This document shows, piece by piece, positions 33,940 to 45,600 of a stretch of 64,000 nucleotides of DNA. The notes under the pieces were generated by a model. That model worked only from the letters and a program-made list of their open reading frames with translations, was not told the origin of the DNA and did not search any database. The translations under genes and the position numbers were made by a program. The stretch spans positions 452,910,001-452,974,000 of the forward strand of contig NW_027362763.1 in assembly GCF_046119375.1 (NCBI RefSeq), written 5' to 3'. Positions within the stretch are counted from its first letter, which is position 1; each line of letters opens with the position of its first letter. The DNA is from Phyllobates terribilis. Its lineage: Eukaryota.

Positions 33940-36900
33940 TTACTCTCCCCAGGATGACACAGGGGTAGAAAAGTCGTTTCGGATCCATGATTTGTTCATC
34001 TTTATGAACGTGAGTCTGTCTACATTATCAGTGGAGAGCCGCGTGCGCTTATCTGTCAGCACACCACCAGCAGCGCTGAACACACGTTCAGACAGAACGC
34101 TGGCTGCGGGGCATGACAAGATCTCCAAGGCGTAAGTGGCTAGCTCCGGCCATTTATCCAGATTGGAAGCCCAAAAAGAGCAAGGGTCCAGTGACACAGT
34201 CGTGGCTTCAATGTTTACTTGGAGATACTCCTGTACCATCGTCTCTAGGCGTTGACTATGTGTCAGACTTCTTGTCTCCTGTGGCCTTGCAAAGGATGGG
34301 CTAAAAAAGTGGTGAAATGATTCCGCAAAATTGATGTTACCAGCAGATACTGTGGTTCTGTTACGGTTTGAGTGCTGAACACTTGACGGTCCCACGGTTG
34401 GCAAGTTGGAACTGTGAGATTCACTACGTGCACCACTGGTATTTTGTGGAAAAGCACATGTAAGATTCTGCAACAGTCTCTGCTGATACTCCTGCATGCG
34501 TGCATCCCTTTCTATGGCAGGAATAATTTCTGCAAATTTACTTTTGTACCGGGGATCTAACAGTGTGGCAACCCAGTAGTCAGGATTATTTCTAATTCTC
34601 ACAATTCGAGGGTCATGTTGCAGGTAGTGCAGCAAGAAGGCACTCATGTGTGTTGCGCATCCAGGAGCACCAAGTCCCTGTTGTGTTGGTGGCGAGGTAA
34701 CAATCATGCTTCCTTCCTCTGTCCTCTCCCCCCAACCTCGCACAACAGAAATGTGATCAAGGTCTCCCTCATCTGATGAGTCTTCCATCAGTTCGTCCTC
34801 CACTTCTTCCTGGGCTCCTGCACCTTCCTCACTAGTTTGGCTGCTACCATGCGCCCTGGTAAAATCATCTCCCCCACCCTCACATGCCTGCCGCCCTGGT
34901 GCTGCCGACCGTCTGGACCTTGCAGATGTTAGCCCTTCCGCATACAACTCCTCCTCCTCTACTTCCTCCACCTCCTCTTGTGCCACCACCTGACTCCGAA
35001 TTCTGTTTAACATGTGCTCCAGCATGTAAATCACCGGAATAGTCATGCTGATAATGGCATCGTCAGCACTAAACATCTTCGTCGCCATTTCAAAACTGTG
35101 CAGAAGGGTGCATAGGTCCCTGATCTGAGACCACTCCTCCAGCGTGATTTGCCCCACCTCTGAATCTCGTTGGCTCAGGCTATACGTCAGAACGTATCGC
35201 ACCAGGGCTTGTCGGTGCTGCCACAGTCGCTGCAACATGTGCAGAGTTGAATTCCACCGGGTAGGCACATCGCATTTTAGCCGGTGAAGTGGCAGGCCCA
35301 ACGACTTCTGTAGAGATGTAAGTCGCTGAGCTGCGGGATGCGAACGGCGGAAGTGAGCACACAGCGACCGTGCCCTCTGCAGAAGGCCATCTAGTCTGGG
35401 ATAGTGGGCTAAAAATTGCTGGACAACCAGGTTCAACACGTGAGCCATACAAGGCACGTGTGTGACATTGCCCCGGCGAAGGGCCGCACCCAGGTTTGCA
35501 GCATTGTCGCACACGGCCTTCCCTGGTTTCAGGTCCAGTGGAGACAACCATTCATGAAATTGGTTCTCCAGAGCTGACCACAACTCCTCAGCTGTGTGAC
35601 TCACATTTCCCAGACATTTCAATGTAAAAACCGCCTGATGACGTTGAGCCCTACTGCCAGCATAGTAAGGAGGTGTGCAGGATCCCTTCTGCGCAGTTAG
35701 AAAGCTTGTGGCATGACCAGACAGGCTTTGGGTGCAGGTGGAAGACCGAGAGGAGGTTGAGGAGGCAGAAGCAGTGGAGGAAAAATGACATAAAGAGGAT
35801 TGACGCACAACTCGTGGGGACGGCAAGACTTGGACAGCAGCCCCTTGTCCTGCTGTCACCATAGTTACCCAGTGCCCAGTCAGCGACATGTAACGCCCCT
35901 GTCCATGCCTACTCGTCCAAGTGTCTGTGGTGAAATGCACCCTGTCACACACAGAGTTTCTCAAAGAAGCGGTGATGTTGTGTGCGACATGCTGGTGGAG
36001 CGCAGGCACACCTTTCTTTGAGAAGTAGTGCCGACTGGGCATCTGGTACTGGGGCACTGCGACGGACATAAGGTCTCGAAAATCCTCTGTGTCCACCAGG
36101 CGGAAAGGCAGCATTTCTGTAGCCAAGAGCTTGCAGATGGTGAAATTCAACCTCTTAGCTTTCTCATGGCTAGGAGGAAATGGTCTTTTACTTGTCCACA
36201 TCTGAGGGACCGAGGGCTGGCTATTGTGCTTAGACGGGGTTGATAAGGGTGTCCCCGGCAAACTGCCGGTCTGTGAGGAAGATGCAGGCGGACATGTTAG
36301 GTTGCCTTGATCCAAAGGTGGTGCTATCGATGTCGGACAGCGCTCAAGACCAGCTGGTGTTACCACCTCCAAAGAAAATGATGACCTGCCAATCACGCTG
36401 GCTGTTGCGGGTAAAGAGGTGGCAGGTCTGCGCCCCAAAACAGGTGTGACTGCTGTCCCCCCAGTCACAGAGGATGAAGAGGCCGCGGATGCACAAGATA
36501 TGGCAGACGGTGGTTGGCCCGGCCGGCTAGACCGCATTGTAGCACACTGAGCTTCCCACTGCAACTTATGCTTCATGTCCATGTGCCGGTTCATGCATGA
36601 AGTACTCAAACTATGTATTTTTTGGCCTCTACTTAGCTTTTGCTGACAAATGTTACAGATAACACGAGTTGGGTCATCTTTATCGATCTGAAAAAATGCC
36701 CAGGCTATGCAAGGCTTAGCACCCATGCGACCTGAAGAGCCACCACGACTTGTGGTGAGAGGCAGAGTTGTGTTTGAGGATGCAGTTGTTGACGTGCTTC
36801 CAGTACTACGTCTCTGTCCAGGAAGGCGCAACCTGACCTCGTCGTCACTAGCATCTTCCTCCACCTCCTCTGCTGACCTCATCTCTTGGCTGACTGTGGG

Positions 36901-37620
36901 TTGACAGTAAGTGGGATCTCCGACCTCATCATCATCACCCTGTGCGTTATCACACCCGTCGTCCTCAGAGCCAACCTGTTCCTGCCCTGACAAAAAACTA
37001 AAGTTGTCGCTCCAATCAGGTATTTGAGTCTTATCATCGTCTTCCTCATTGTCTCCACCAACAGGAGTTACAGTTTGGGAATGAGGGTCTACATTATGGT
37101 CAGAACCTTCTGCGTCTGGTCCTGGATCCGACTCATAAAGATTCTGGGCATCAGTGCAGATCATTTCCTCGTCTGGATTCACAGAAGCGCTGGAGTCGAC
37201 CTCTGATTCCCAGGCTATAGTATGAGTAAACAGCTCTGCAGACTCAACCATCTGTTCTACCTCATACTCAGACGGGCAGCTGGAGATTTGGGAGCTGTGA
37301 GGAAGCAAGTGCGATTTGGGTGACACCTTTGAGGACTGGAGTATTTGTGATGTTGAAGTTGATGTGGAGGAGAGCCAACTTAAAGGAGCACTTGATATCC
37401 GTTGAAGCACCTGCTGTTTTTGTGCCTCATCTGGAATTTGTAGCGATTGGCGTGGCCGTAAGAAAGGGATCTTATCACATTGTCCGCTAAAAGAAGTAGA
37501 CATTTTAGTTTGGCTGGAAGATGGTCTTTCTTCTGCACCTACCCCACGGACACAACCTTTTTTCCCCTTCCCAACACGCCTATTCCCCTTTCCACCAGCA
37601 GCAGGCCTTTTTCCACTCAT
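33940..37620 (-). CDS. Intact hAT transposase, 1226 aa, BED zinc finger (ZBED-like)
   Basis: BED WAFF...CNIC...RHMDMKH; catalytic TTDTW, CDNAAN and LSERVFS; CMAH (CxxH); DVPTRWNST; hATC domain; no stops or introns. Confidence 0.96.
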   Translation of the reverse strand: MSGKRPAAGGKGNRRVGKGKKGCVRGVGAEERPSSSQTKMSTSFSGQCDKIPFLRPRQSLQIPDEAQKQQVLQRISSAPLSWLSSTSTSTSQILQSSKVSPKSHLLPHSSQISSCPSEYEVEQMVESAELFTHTIAWESEVDSSASVNPDEEMICTDAQNLYESDPGPDAEGSDHNVDPHSQTVTPVGGDNEEDDDKTQIPDWSDNFSFLSGQEQVGSEDDGCDNAQGDDDEVGDPTYCQPTVSQEMRSAEEVEEDASDDEVRLRLPGQRRSTGSTSTTASSNTTLPLTTSRGGSSGRMGAKPCIAWAFFQIDKDDPTRVICNICQQKLSRGQKIHSLSTSCMNRHMDMKHKLQWEAQCATMRSSRPGQPPSAISCASAASSSSVTGGTAVTPVLGRRPATSLPATASVIGRSSFSLEVVTPAGLERCPTSIAPPLDQGNLTCPPASSSQTGSLPGTPLSTPSKHNSQPSVPQMWTSKRPFPPSHEKAKRLNFTICKLLATEMLPFRLVDTEDFRDLMSVAVPQYQMPSRHYFSKKGVPALHQHVAHNITASLRNSVCDRVHFTTDTWTSRHGQGRYMSLTGHWVTMVTAGQGAAVQVLPSPRVVRQSSLCHFSSTASASSTSSRSSTCTQSLSGHATSFLTAQKGSCTPPYYAGSRAQRHQAVFTLKCLGNVSHTAEELWSALENQFHEWLSPLDLKPGKAVCDNAANLGAALRRGNVTHVPCMAHVLNLVVQQFLAHYPRLDGLLQRARSLCAHFRRSHPAAQRLTSLQKSLGLPLHRLKCDVPTRWNSTLHMLQRLWQHRQALVRYVLTYSLSQRDSEVGQITLEEWSQIRDLCTLLHSFEMATKMFSADDAIISMTIPVIYMLEHMLNRIRSQVVAQEEVEEVEEEELYAEGLTSARSRRSAAPGRQACEGGGDDFTRAHGSSQTSEEGAGAQEEVEDELMEDSSDEGDLDHISVVRGWGERTEEGSMIVTSPPTQQGLGAPGCATHMSAFLLHYLQHDPRIVRIRNNPDYWVATLLDPRYKSKFAEIIPAIERDARMQEYQQRLLQNLTCAFPQNTSGARSESHSSNLPTVGPSSVQHSNRNRTTVSAGNINFAESFHHFFSPSFARPQETRSLTHSQRLETMVQEYLQVNIEATTVSLDPCSFWASNLDKWPELATYALEILSCPAASVLSERVFSAAGGVLTDKRTRLSTDNVDRLTFIKMNKSWIRNDFSTPVSSWGE

Positions 37621-37734
37621 TTTGGTGGTTAACTAATTCACAACTCTGGAGTTGTTTGCACAAAAAAACAATGGATGGTAACCGAGCAGAGCTGAGTGGC
37701 CAAACTGTGGTATTAGGCCAAAACTATTGGCTGG

Positions 37735-39012
37735 GTTAGATGCAGAAAAAAATTATTTTTAATTTGCAACCTGATGGAGGTCAGTATAGATGGACTAATA
37801 GACCAAGTCCCACACACCGCTAGAAGCCCAAATATTTTTTCAGAGCTAGATGCAGAAAAAAATTATATTCAATTTGCAACCTGCTGGACGTCAGTATAGA
37901 AGGACTAATAGAACAAGTCCCACACACTGCTAGAAGCCCAAATATTTTTTCAGAGCTAAATGAAGAAAAAAATTATTTTTAATTTGCAACCTGATGGAGG
38001 TCAGTATAGATGGACTAATAGACCAAGTCCCACACACTGCTAGAAGCCCAAATATTTTTTCAGAGCTAGATGCAGAAAAAAATTATTTTTAATTTGCAAC
38101 CTGATGGAGGTCAGTATAGATGGACTAATAGACCAAGTCCCACACACCGCTAGAAGCCCAAATATTTTTTCAGAGCTAGATGCAGAAAATTTTTTTATTC
38201 AATTTGCAACCTGATGGAGGTCAGTATAGATGGACTAATAGACCAAGTCCCACACACTGCTAGAAGCCCAAATATTTTTTCAGAGCTAGATGCAGAAAAA
38301 AATTATTTTTAATTTGCAACCTGATGGAGGTCAGTATAGATGGACTAATAGACCAAGTCCCACACACTGCTAGAAGCCCAAATATTTTTTCAGAGCTAGA
38401 TGCAGAAAAAAATTATTTTTAATTTGCAACCTGATAGAGGTCAGTATAGATGGACTAATAGAACAAGTCCCACACGCTGCTAGAAGCCCAAATATTTTTT
38501 CAGAGATAAATGAAGAAAAAAATTATTTTTAATTTGCAACCTGATGGAGGTCAGTATAGATGGACTAATAGACCAAGTCCCACACACTGCTAGAAGCCCA
38601 AATATTTTTTCAGAGCTAGATGCAGAAAAAAATTATTTTTAATTTGCAACCTGATGGAGGTCAGTATAGATGGACTAATAGACCAAGTCCCACACACCGC
38701 TAGAAGCCCAAATATTTTTTCAGAGCTAGATGCAGAAAAAAATTATATTCAATTTGCAACCTGCTGGAGGTCAGTATAGAAGGACTAATAGAACAAGTCC
38801 CACACACTGCTAGAAGCCCAAATATTTTTTCAGAGCTAAATGAAGAAAAAAATTATTTTTAATTTGCAACCTGATGGAGGTCAGTATAGATGGACTAATA
38901 GACCAAGTCCCACACACTGCTAGAAGCCCAAATATTTTTTCAGAGCTAGATGCAGAAAAAAATTATATTCAGTTTGCAACCTGATGGAGGTCAGTATAGA
39001 TGGACTAATAGA
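37735..39012. repeat. 110-bp tandem array (about 11.5 copies) upstream of the hAT-C transposase
   Basis: AGAAGCCCAAAT anchors at 37822, 37932, 38042 ... 38922. Confidence 0.97.
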
Positions 39013-39929
39013 ATGATGCTATGCCCAAAAGATTTTACTTCACTAGGTGCAGTAAAAAAATTGGTATTCTATACACAGGTGGTATATCTTGCAACACAGA
39101 TAGGCTACTCCACTGACTAACACACTCTGCAATAGGCCAAAAAGGATTAGCTTTGCTAGATTCAGCCAAATGCTGTGAAAAAAACTTGCACAGCACTGGC
39201 ACAGACCTGCCTGGCAAAAACTGATAGGAACTGATGTAACCTAGTCCTGAAAAGGACTCCAATTACAATTAGTCTTTACTCCCACAATCTATCTATTTAA
39301 GAGCACAGACCTGCCTGATAAAAGTCGTAGGAAATGCTGTAACCTAGTCCTTAAAAGGACTGCAATCACAACTATTCCCTACTCCCAAGCTATCTGTATA
39401 TTTGTGCGAAAATTGGCTTGAAATTAACAAGGTATAGCGCACAGAGCAACAGCGGTGCCGTCTAACACGCAGCTGCAGCAGTGAGAAAATGGTGGCGACG
39501 GGGAAAATGGCTTGGTCTTATAGGGCAAGGACATGTGACATACACTGCCAATCACACATGCCCTTGCTTGTGTGAAAAAAAGCACTTCGCTCCGTGTGTG
39601 CGCTGCTGATAGGCTGACAGATTGCACCTCCCCACTGCAAATGCGGGAAAGAGAAAAAAAAATGGAGATCTTCATTGTTCCTGCAGAGATCCATCCCCTG
39701 CCCCTCCCCCCGCCCCGCTGTACACTCAAACTGCGTATTAACATTAATTTTCATCATTACTGAGAAAAAATCCAGTTATGATTTTGGTGCACGAACAGTT
39801 ATCGAACATAACCTCGAACAGCCGAATTTTTCTCAAATTGTTCGTGTTCGCCGACCGGCTCGAACACCGCCCAAAACAGCTCGAATTTGAGATTGGCGAA
39901 CAGTTCGAGTAGAACAACGCTCATCTCTA

Positions 39930-40452
39930 GTTGGGAGAGATAATTATCCTTAATATTTGTCAAGAACCTTTTTCCTTTCTGAGATCTACAGGTTTCTGTT
40001 TCCCAGTCAATATCCGGGTAGTTGAAATCCCCCATTACAATCACTTCATTATGTTTTGCTACTTTGTCTATTTGTCCTAATAGCAGATTCTCATTCTCCT
40101 CTGTTATATTGGGTGGCTTATAGCAGACCCCCAGTAATATTTTATTATTATTTTTAGTTCCTTCTATCTCTACCCACATGGACTCGACCCCCTCTTCTCC
40201 CTCTCCTATATCTTCCCTTAGTCTGGGTTTTAGACATGACTTTACATATAAGCAGACTCCTCCGCCTTTCCCCTGTTTCCGGTCCCTTCTAAATAAACTA
40301 TAATCTAATAAATTTACCGCCCAGTCGTAGCTATCGTCTAGCCAAGTCTCTGTTATACCTACGATGTCATACCTCTCCTCCGATATAAGCGCCTGCAGCT
40401 CATCCGCCTTATTGGTCAGGCTTCTCTGAATCAGCACTGCAGGAGCCGTCAC
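39930..40452 (-). CDS. CR1 ORF2 APE endonuclease, N-terminal part
   Basis: GITETW, RKQGKGGGV, VCYKPP and MGDFNYPDIDW motifs; truncated at the first EN codons. Confidence 0.93.
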
Positions 40453-40455
40453 GGT

Positions 40456-42153
40456 CTACCTCCACCTCGACCCGTGAATGGTTACCTGTTATGATGACCG
40501 ATATGAGCACAGCCGTGGCCAAACGTCAACAGGCCGTATTAAAATTAATTTATTTAGGGAATCGAAGCCACACAGCGCAGGAGTTCTAGAATGCCATCAA
40601 GCAGCAGAGCGACGTGTGGTTTGTGCCAGCGAATCCCCAGCCAGGCATGGTAGTGTGTGACAATGGTCGAAATCTGGTGGTAGCTCTGGGCCTAGGCAAC
40701 CTCACTCACATCCCATGTCTGGCACATGTGCTCAACTTGGTCATGCAGAGTTTTTTGAGGGACTATCCGGATCTTGATGCACTGCTTCACAAGGTCCGCA
40801 TAGAGTGCACTCACTTGCAGCGTTCCAGCAACGCAAGATCGCGCATTGCAGCTCTGCAGCGCCGATTACGTCTTCCGGAACATCGCATCATATGTGACCT
40901 ACCCACCAGGTGGAATTCAACGTTATATATGTTGGAGAGGTTGTGTGAGCAGCAGGTAGCAGTGATGGAGTACCAGCTAGCAGGCGCAAACAAGTCGCAG
41001 TGCGCGCCGTTCACACTTCACCACCACTGAGTGGGCCTCTATGAAGGACATTTGCCACACTTTGCGTGCCTTCGATTATTCCACGCGGATGGCGAGTGCA
41101 GATGATGCACTAGTCAGCATGACTATCCCCCTTATCTTCTGCCTGCTTGAAAAAACACTGCAAGCACTAAGGGAGGAGGTTTTGGAAGAGGTGGAGGATG
41201 AGGAGTCACAAATGTCATCTGCTTCTGTACAGTCTGCGCAACATGGTTCCTCACAAAGGCCTAGGCAGGGGACACTTTGTGAGGAGGATGAGGAGGAGTC
41301 AATGGAGGAGGAAGACATCTGTCCAGAGGAGGGAGGTACACAATGCTCTAGTAGTCAGTATCTAGAGCGAGGGTGGGGTGATGCAGAGCAGGCAGAGATC
41401 ACGCCTCAAGCAGGGGACAGCGTTTCTTGGCCAGTTGGCAGTCTGCAGCACATGGTTGATTTCATGCTGCAGTGCCTGAGAAACGACCGCCGCATTGCCC
41501 ACATTCTCAACACGGCTGATTATTGGGTGTCCACCTTCCTAGATCCTCGCTACTGGGACAACTTTCAAAGCCTCATAACACCATTGAACCGGGAGCGTAA
41601 AATGCGGGAGTACCAAGACGCACTGGTGCATTCCATCATGTTCTCCATTCCAACCGAGAGCAGTGCTGCTAGTGCTTTACAAAGCAGCTCAGTGCGTCGA
41701 GGCAGTGGAGGAAGCTCTGCACAAAGAGGGAGCAGAAGCAGCGCCTCAGCAGAAGGCAAGACCAGTAGGGCCCAAATGTGGCAAAGTTTTGTGTCCCCGC
41801 CGCCACAAATGTCTACACCATCACAGACGGCTCCAGTCAGCAGGAGGCAACGTTTTCGTCAGATGGTGACAGACTACATGTCTTGCCCTCTCAGTGTACT
41901 CCCAGACGGCTCTTCCCCCTTCAAGTTTTGGGTCTCTAAGCTGGATACATGGCCAGAGCTTAGCCAGTATGCATTGGAGGTGCTGGCTTGCCCTGCTGCT
42001 AGTGTATTATCGGAACGCGTCTTTAGTGCCGCAGGTGGTGTACTAACAGACCGTCGCATGCGCCTATCCTCCGATAACGTTGACCGGCTTACTTTTCTGA
42101 AAATGAACAAGGCCTGGATCTTGCATGAATTTGCCAGTCCTCTTCCAGAATAA
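40456..42153 (+). pseudogene. hAT-B transposase, 3' part
   Basis: VCDNGRN, PCLAHVLNL, DLPTRWNST, WPELSQYALEVLACPAASVLSERVFS; stops at about 40588 and 41028. Confidence 0.92.
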
Positions 42154-42219
42154 ATAATTGGTTGGCAACAGTATCCAGGTCTCCTGTTGTGTTCATGTTT
42201 CTACCACCTGAACTGTAAT

Positions 42220-44280
42220 CCCTGAGCTCCAACACCGCTAATTGCTGCTCAGAAGTGCCGTCTGCACAGTCAACGCTTGCTCCAGTGTTATTGGGGTTCA
42301 GTAACGTCAGCTGATCCCCAGCTGTGTGTCCGGCAAATTCTCCTGCTCTGTCCTCATCCACTATACTACTAATTTAAGACTTGCTCCAATTACACCTCTG
42401 GCTCCTCTGTTTTTAGTATTTACCCTGGGCTCTAACACCGCTAGTTGCTGCTCAGAAGTGCCGTCTGCACAGTCAACGCTTGCTCCAGTGATATTGGGGT
42501 TCAGTAACGTCAGCTGATCCCCAGCTCTGTGTCCGGCAAATACTCCTGCTCTGTCCACATCCACTGTACTAAAATTTAAAACTTGCTCCAATTACACCTC
42601 TGGCTCTTCTGTTTTTAGTATTTACCCTGGGCTCCAAAACCACTAGTTGCTGCTCAGAAGTGCCGTCTGCACAGTCAATGCTTGCTCCAGTGTTATTGGG
42701 GTTCAGTAACATCAGCTGATTTCCAGCAGTGTGTACGGCAATTTCTCCTGCTCTGTCCACATTCACACTACTACAGATTTTAAAGTTGCTCCAATTACAC
42801 CTCTGGCTCCTCTGTTTTCAGTATTATCCCTGAGCTCCAACACCGCCAGTTGGCGGTCAGAAGTGCCGTCTGCACAGTCAACACTTGTTGCCGTGTTATT
42901 GGGGTTCAGTAACGTCAGCTGTTCCTGTGCTGTGCGTACGGCAATTTCTCCTGCTCTGTCCACATTCACACTACTACAGATTTTAAAGTTGCTCCAATTA
43001 CGCCTCTGGCTCCTCTGTTTTCAGTATTATCCCTGAGCTCCAACACCGCCAGTTGGCGCTCAGAAGTGCCGTCTGCACAGTCAACACTTGCTGCCGTGTT
43101 ATTGGGGTTCAGTAACGTCAGCTGTTCCCCTGATGTGTGTACTGCAATTTCTCCTGCTCTGTCCACATTCACACTACTACAGATTTTAAAGTTGCTCCAA
43201 TTACACCACTGGCTCCTCTGTTTTCAGTATTATCCCTGAGCTCCAACACCGCCAGTTGGCGCTCAGAAGTGCCGTCTGCACAGTCAACACTTGCTGCCAT
43301 GTTATTGGGGTTCAGTAACGTCAGCTGTTCCCCTGCTGTGCGTACGGCAATTTCTCCTGCTCTGTCCACATTCACACTACTACAGATTTTAAAGTTGCTC
43401 CAATTACGCCTCTGGCTCCTCTGTTTTCAGCATTATCCCTGAGCTCCAACACCGCCAGTTGGCGCTCAGAAGTGCCGTCTGCACAGTCAACACTTGCTGC
43501 CATGTTACTGGGGTTCAGTAACGTCAGCTGTTCCCCTGCTGTGCGTACGGCAATTTCTCCTGCTCTGTCCACATTCACACTACTACAGATTATAAAGTTG
43601 CTCCAATTACACCTCTGGCTCCTCTGTTTTCAGTATTATCCCTGAGCTCCAACATGGCCAGTTGGCGCTCAGAAGTGCCGTCTGCACAGTCAACACTTGC
43701 TGCCGTGTTATTGGGGTTCAGTAATGTCAGCTGTTCCCCTGCTGTGCGTACGGCAATTTCTCCTGCTCTGTCCACATTCACACTACTACAGATTTTAAAG
43801 TTGCTCCAATTACGCCTCTGGCTCCTCTGTTTTCAGTATTATCCCTGAGCTCCAACACCGCCAGTTGGCGCTCAGAAGTGCCGTCTGCACAGTCAACACT
43901 TGCTGCCGTGTTATTGGGGTTCAGTAACGTCAGCTGTTCCCCTGCTGTGCGTACGGCAATTTCTCCTGCTCTGTCCACATTCACACTACTGCAGATTTTA
44001 AAGTTGCTCCAATTACACCTCTGGCTCCTCTGTTTTCAGTATTATCCCTGAGCTCCAACACCGCCAGTTGGCACTCAGAAGTGCCGTCTGCACAGTCAAC
44101 ACTTGCTGCCGTGTTATTGGGGTTCAGTAACGTCAGCTGTTCCCCTGCTGTGTGTACGGCAATTTCTCCTGCTCTGTCCACATTCACACTACTAGTCTAC
44201 TACTGATTTTAAAGTTACTCCAATTAGGCCTCTGGCTCCACTCTCTTTTTAGTATTTACCCTGGGTTCCAGCACCGCCAG
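42220..44280. repeat. 203-bp tandem array (about 10 copies) downstream of the hAT-B transposase
   Basis: The repeated ORF calls are spaced 203 bp apart (42763, 42966, 43169, 43372, 43778, 43981); outer copies are more diverged. Confidence 0.97.
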
Positions 44281-44574
44281 CTGTTTCCCAGCAGTGTCTT
44301 TGGCATGGGTACTCCCTCTTGCCCAGCCTGGTTCCAGAACGCCAGCTGTTTCCGGGTAGTGTCAACGTCACTTTGCCTCCAATATGTTGTCCTGTCGTGT
44401 TGCGGTCGGGTTAGCCGACTCTATGGTTCCTGCAGTTTAGGTAACTCCTATGTGGGCTGTGGGATCTGGCAATGAAGGCTGGTTCCATAGTGCCAATAGG
44501 ACAAGCACCCCCTGTAGGACTGTGGGTTTCGGTAACTGCGGCCGGCTCGCAGCCTTGCAACTTTTTTTTTCATG

Positions 44575-45060
44575 GGTACCTTCTGCTACCCATCCGAGTT
44601 CCAGTACCGTCAGCTGGTTCTCGGCAGTGCCTTTGGCTTAGGTGCCTCCTTCTTGGTTTCCAAGTTCCACCAACGTCTGCTGGTCATTGATAGTGCTTTC
44701 TAGCACAGGTACCTCCTGCTTAGTAACCGAGTTCCAGTACCGTCAGCTGGTCCTCGGTAGTTCCATTGGCTCTTGTACCTTCTGCTACCCATCCGAGTTC
44801 CAGTACCGTCAGTTGGTTCTCGGCAGTGCCTTTGGCTTAGGTGCCTCCTTCTCAGTATCCAAGTTCCACCAACGTCTGCTGGTCCTTGGTAGTGCTTTCT
44901 GGCACATGTACCTCCTGCTTAGTAACCGAGTTCCTGTACCGTCAGCTGGTCCTCGGTAGTTCCATTGGCTCTTGTACCTTCTGCTATCCATCCGGGTTCC
45001 AGTACCGTCAGCTGGTTCTCAGCAGTTCCTCAGCCTTCTTGTACCTTCTGCTACATTTCC
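44575..45060. repeat. 199-bp tandem repeat (about 2.4 copies)
   Basis: CATCCG(A/G)GTTCCAGTACC anchors at 44591, 44790 and 44989. Confidence 0.9.
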
Positions 45061-45108
45061 AAGTTCAAGCTTTTTGAAATGGTTCTTGGTAATCACTCTG
45101 GATCTCCC

Positions 45109-45600
45109 TGACGAGGACCCTGAAGACGAGGACCCTGAAGACCACCCCGAAGAAGACGAGGACCCCGAAGACGACGACCCTGAAGACGAGGACCCTGAAG
45201 ACCACCCCGAAGAAGACGAGGACCCCGAAGACGAGGACCCTGAAGACGAGGACCCTGAAGACCACCTCGTAGAAGACAAGGACCTTGAAGATGACGACCC
45301 TGAAGACGAGGACCCTGAAGACCACCCCGAAGAAGAGGACCTCGAAGACGACGACCCTGAAGACCACCCCGAAGAAGACGAGGACCCCGAAGACAACGAC
45401 CCTGAAGACGAGGACCCTGAAGACCACCCCGAAGAAGACGAGGACCCCGAAGACAACGACCCTGAAGACGAGGACCCTGAAGACCACCCCGAAGAAGATG
45501 AGGACCCCGAAGACGACGACCCTGAAGATAACGACCCTGAAGACCAAGATGATGACCCTGAAGAAGATGACCAAGAGGACAAAGAACAAGAAGACAACCA
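45109..45600. repeat. 15-bp-unit minisatellite (GACGAGGACCCTGAA / GACCACCCCGAAGAA) with about 60-bp higher-order period
   Basis: Reads DEDPE/DHPEE repeats in one frame; stop-free in several frames. Confidence 0.92.

Larger units (their letters stand above)
29468..39929 (-). mobile_element. hAT DNA transposon C (10,462 bp) with intact transposase and internal cargo
   Basis: Ends TAGTGTTGAGC and GCTCATCTCTA; GTTCG/CGAAC subterminal clusters; perfect 8-bp TSD GTTGGGAG (29460-29467, 39930-39937); excision restores CR1 DNYLSQ-LVQEP. Confidence 0.95.
26988..40455 (-). mobile_element. 5'-truncated CR1 LINE, interrupted by hAT-C
   Basis: 3' tail of (TACTATGT)n type at 26988-27009; EN and RT present; removing it rejoins the hAT-B frame (IDSS-STSTSTREW) with no TSD. 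Confidence 0.93.

Noticed and set aside
42361-44187. Series of near-identical 63-76-aa ORFs (MNVDRAGEIAV...) resembling a tandem gene array
   Set aside because: The 203-bp unit is not a multiple of 3; these are by-products of the repeat, with no independent coding evidence.
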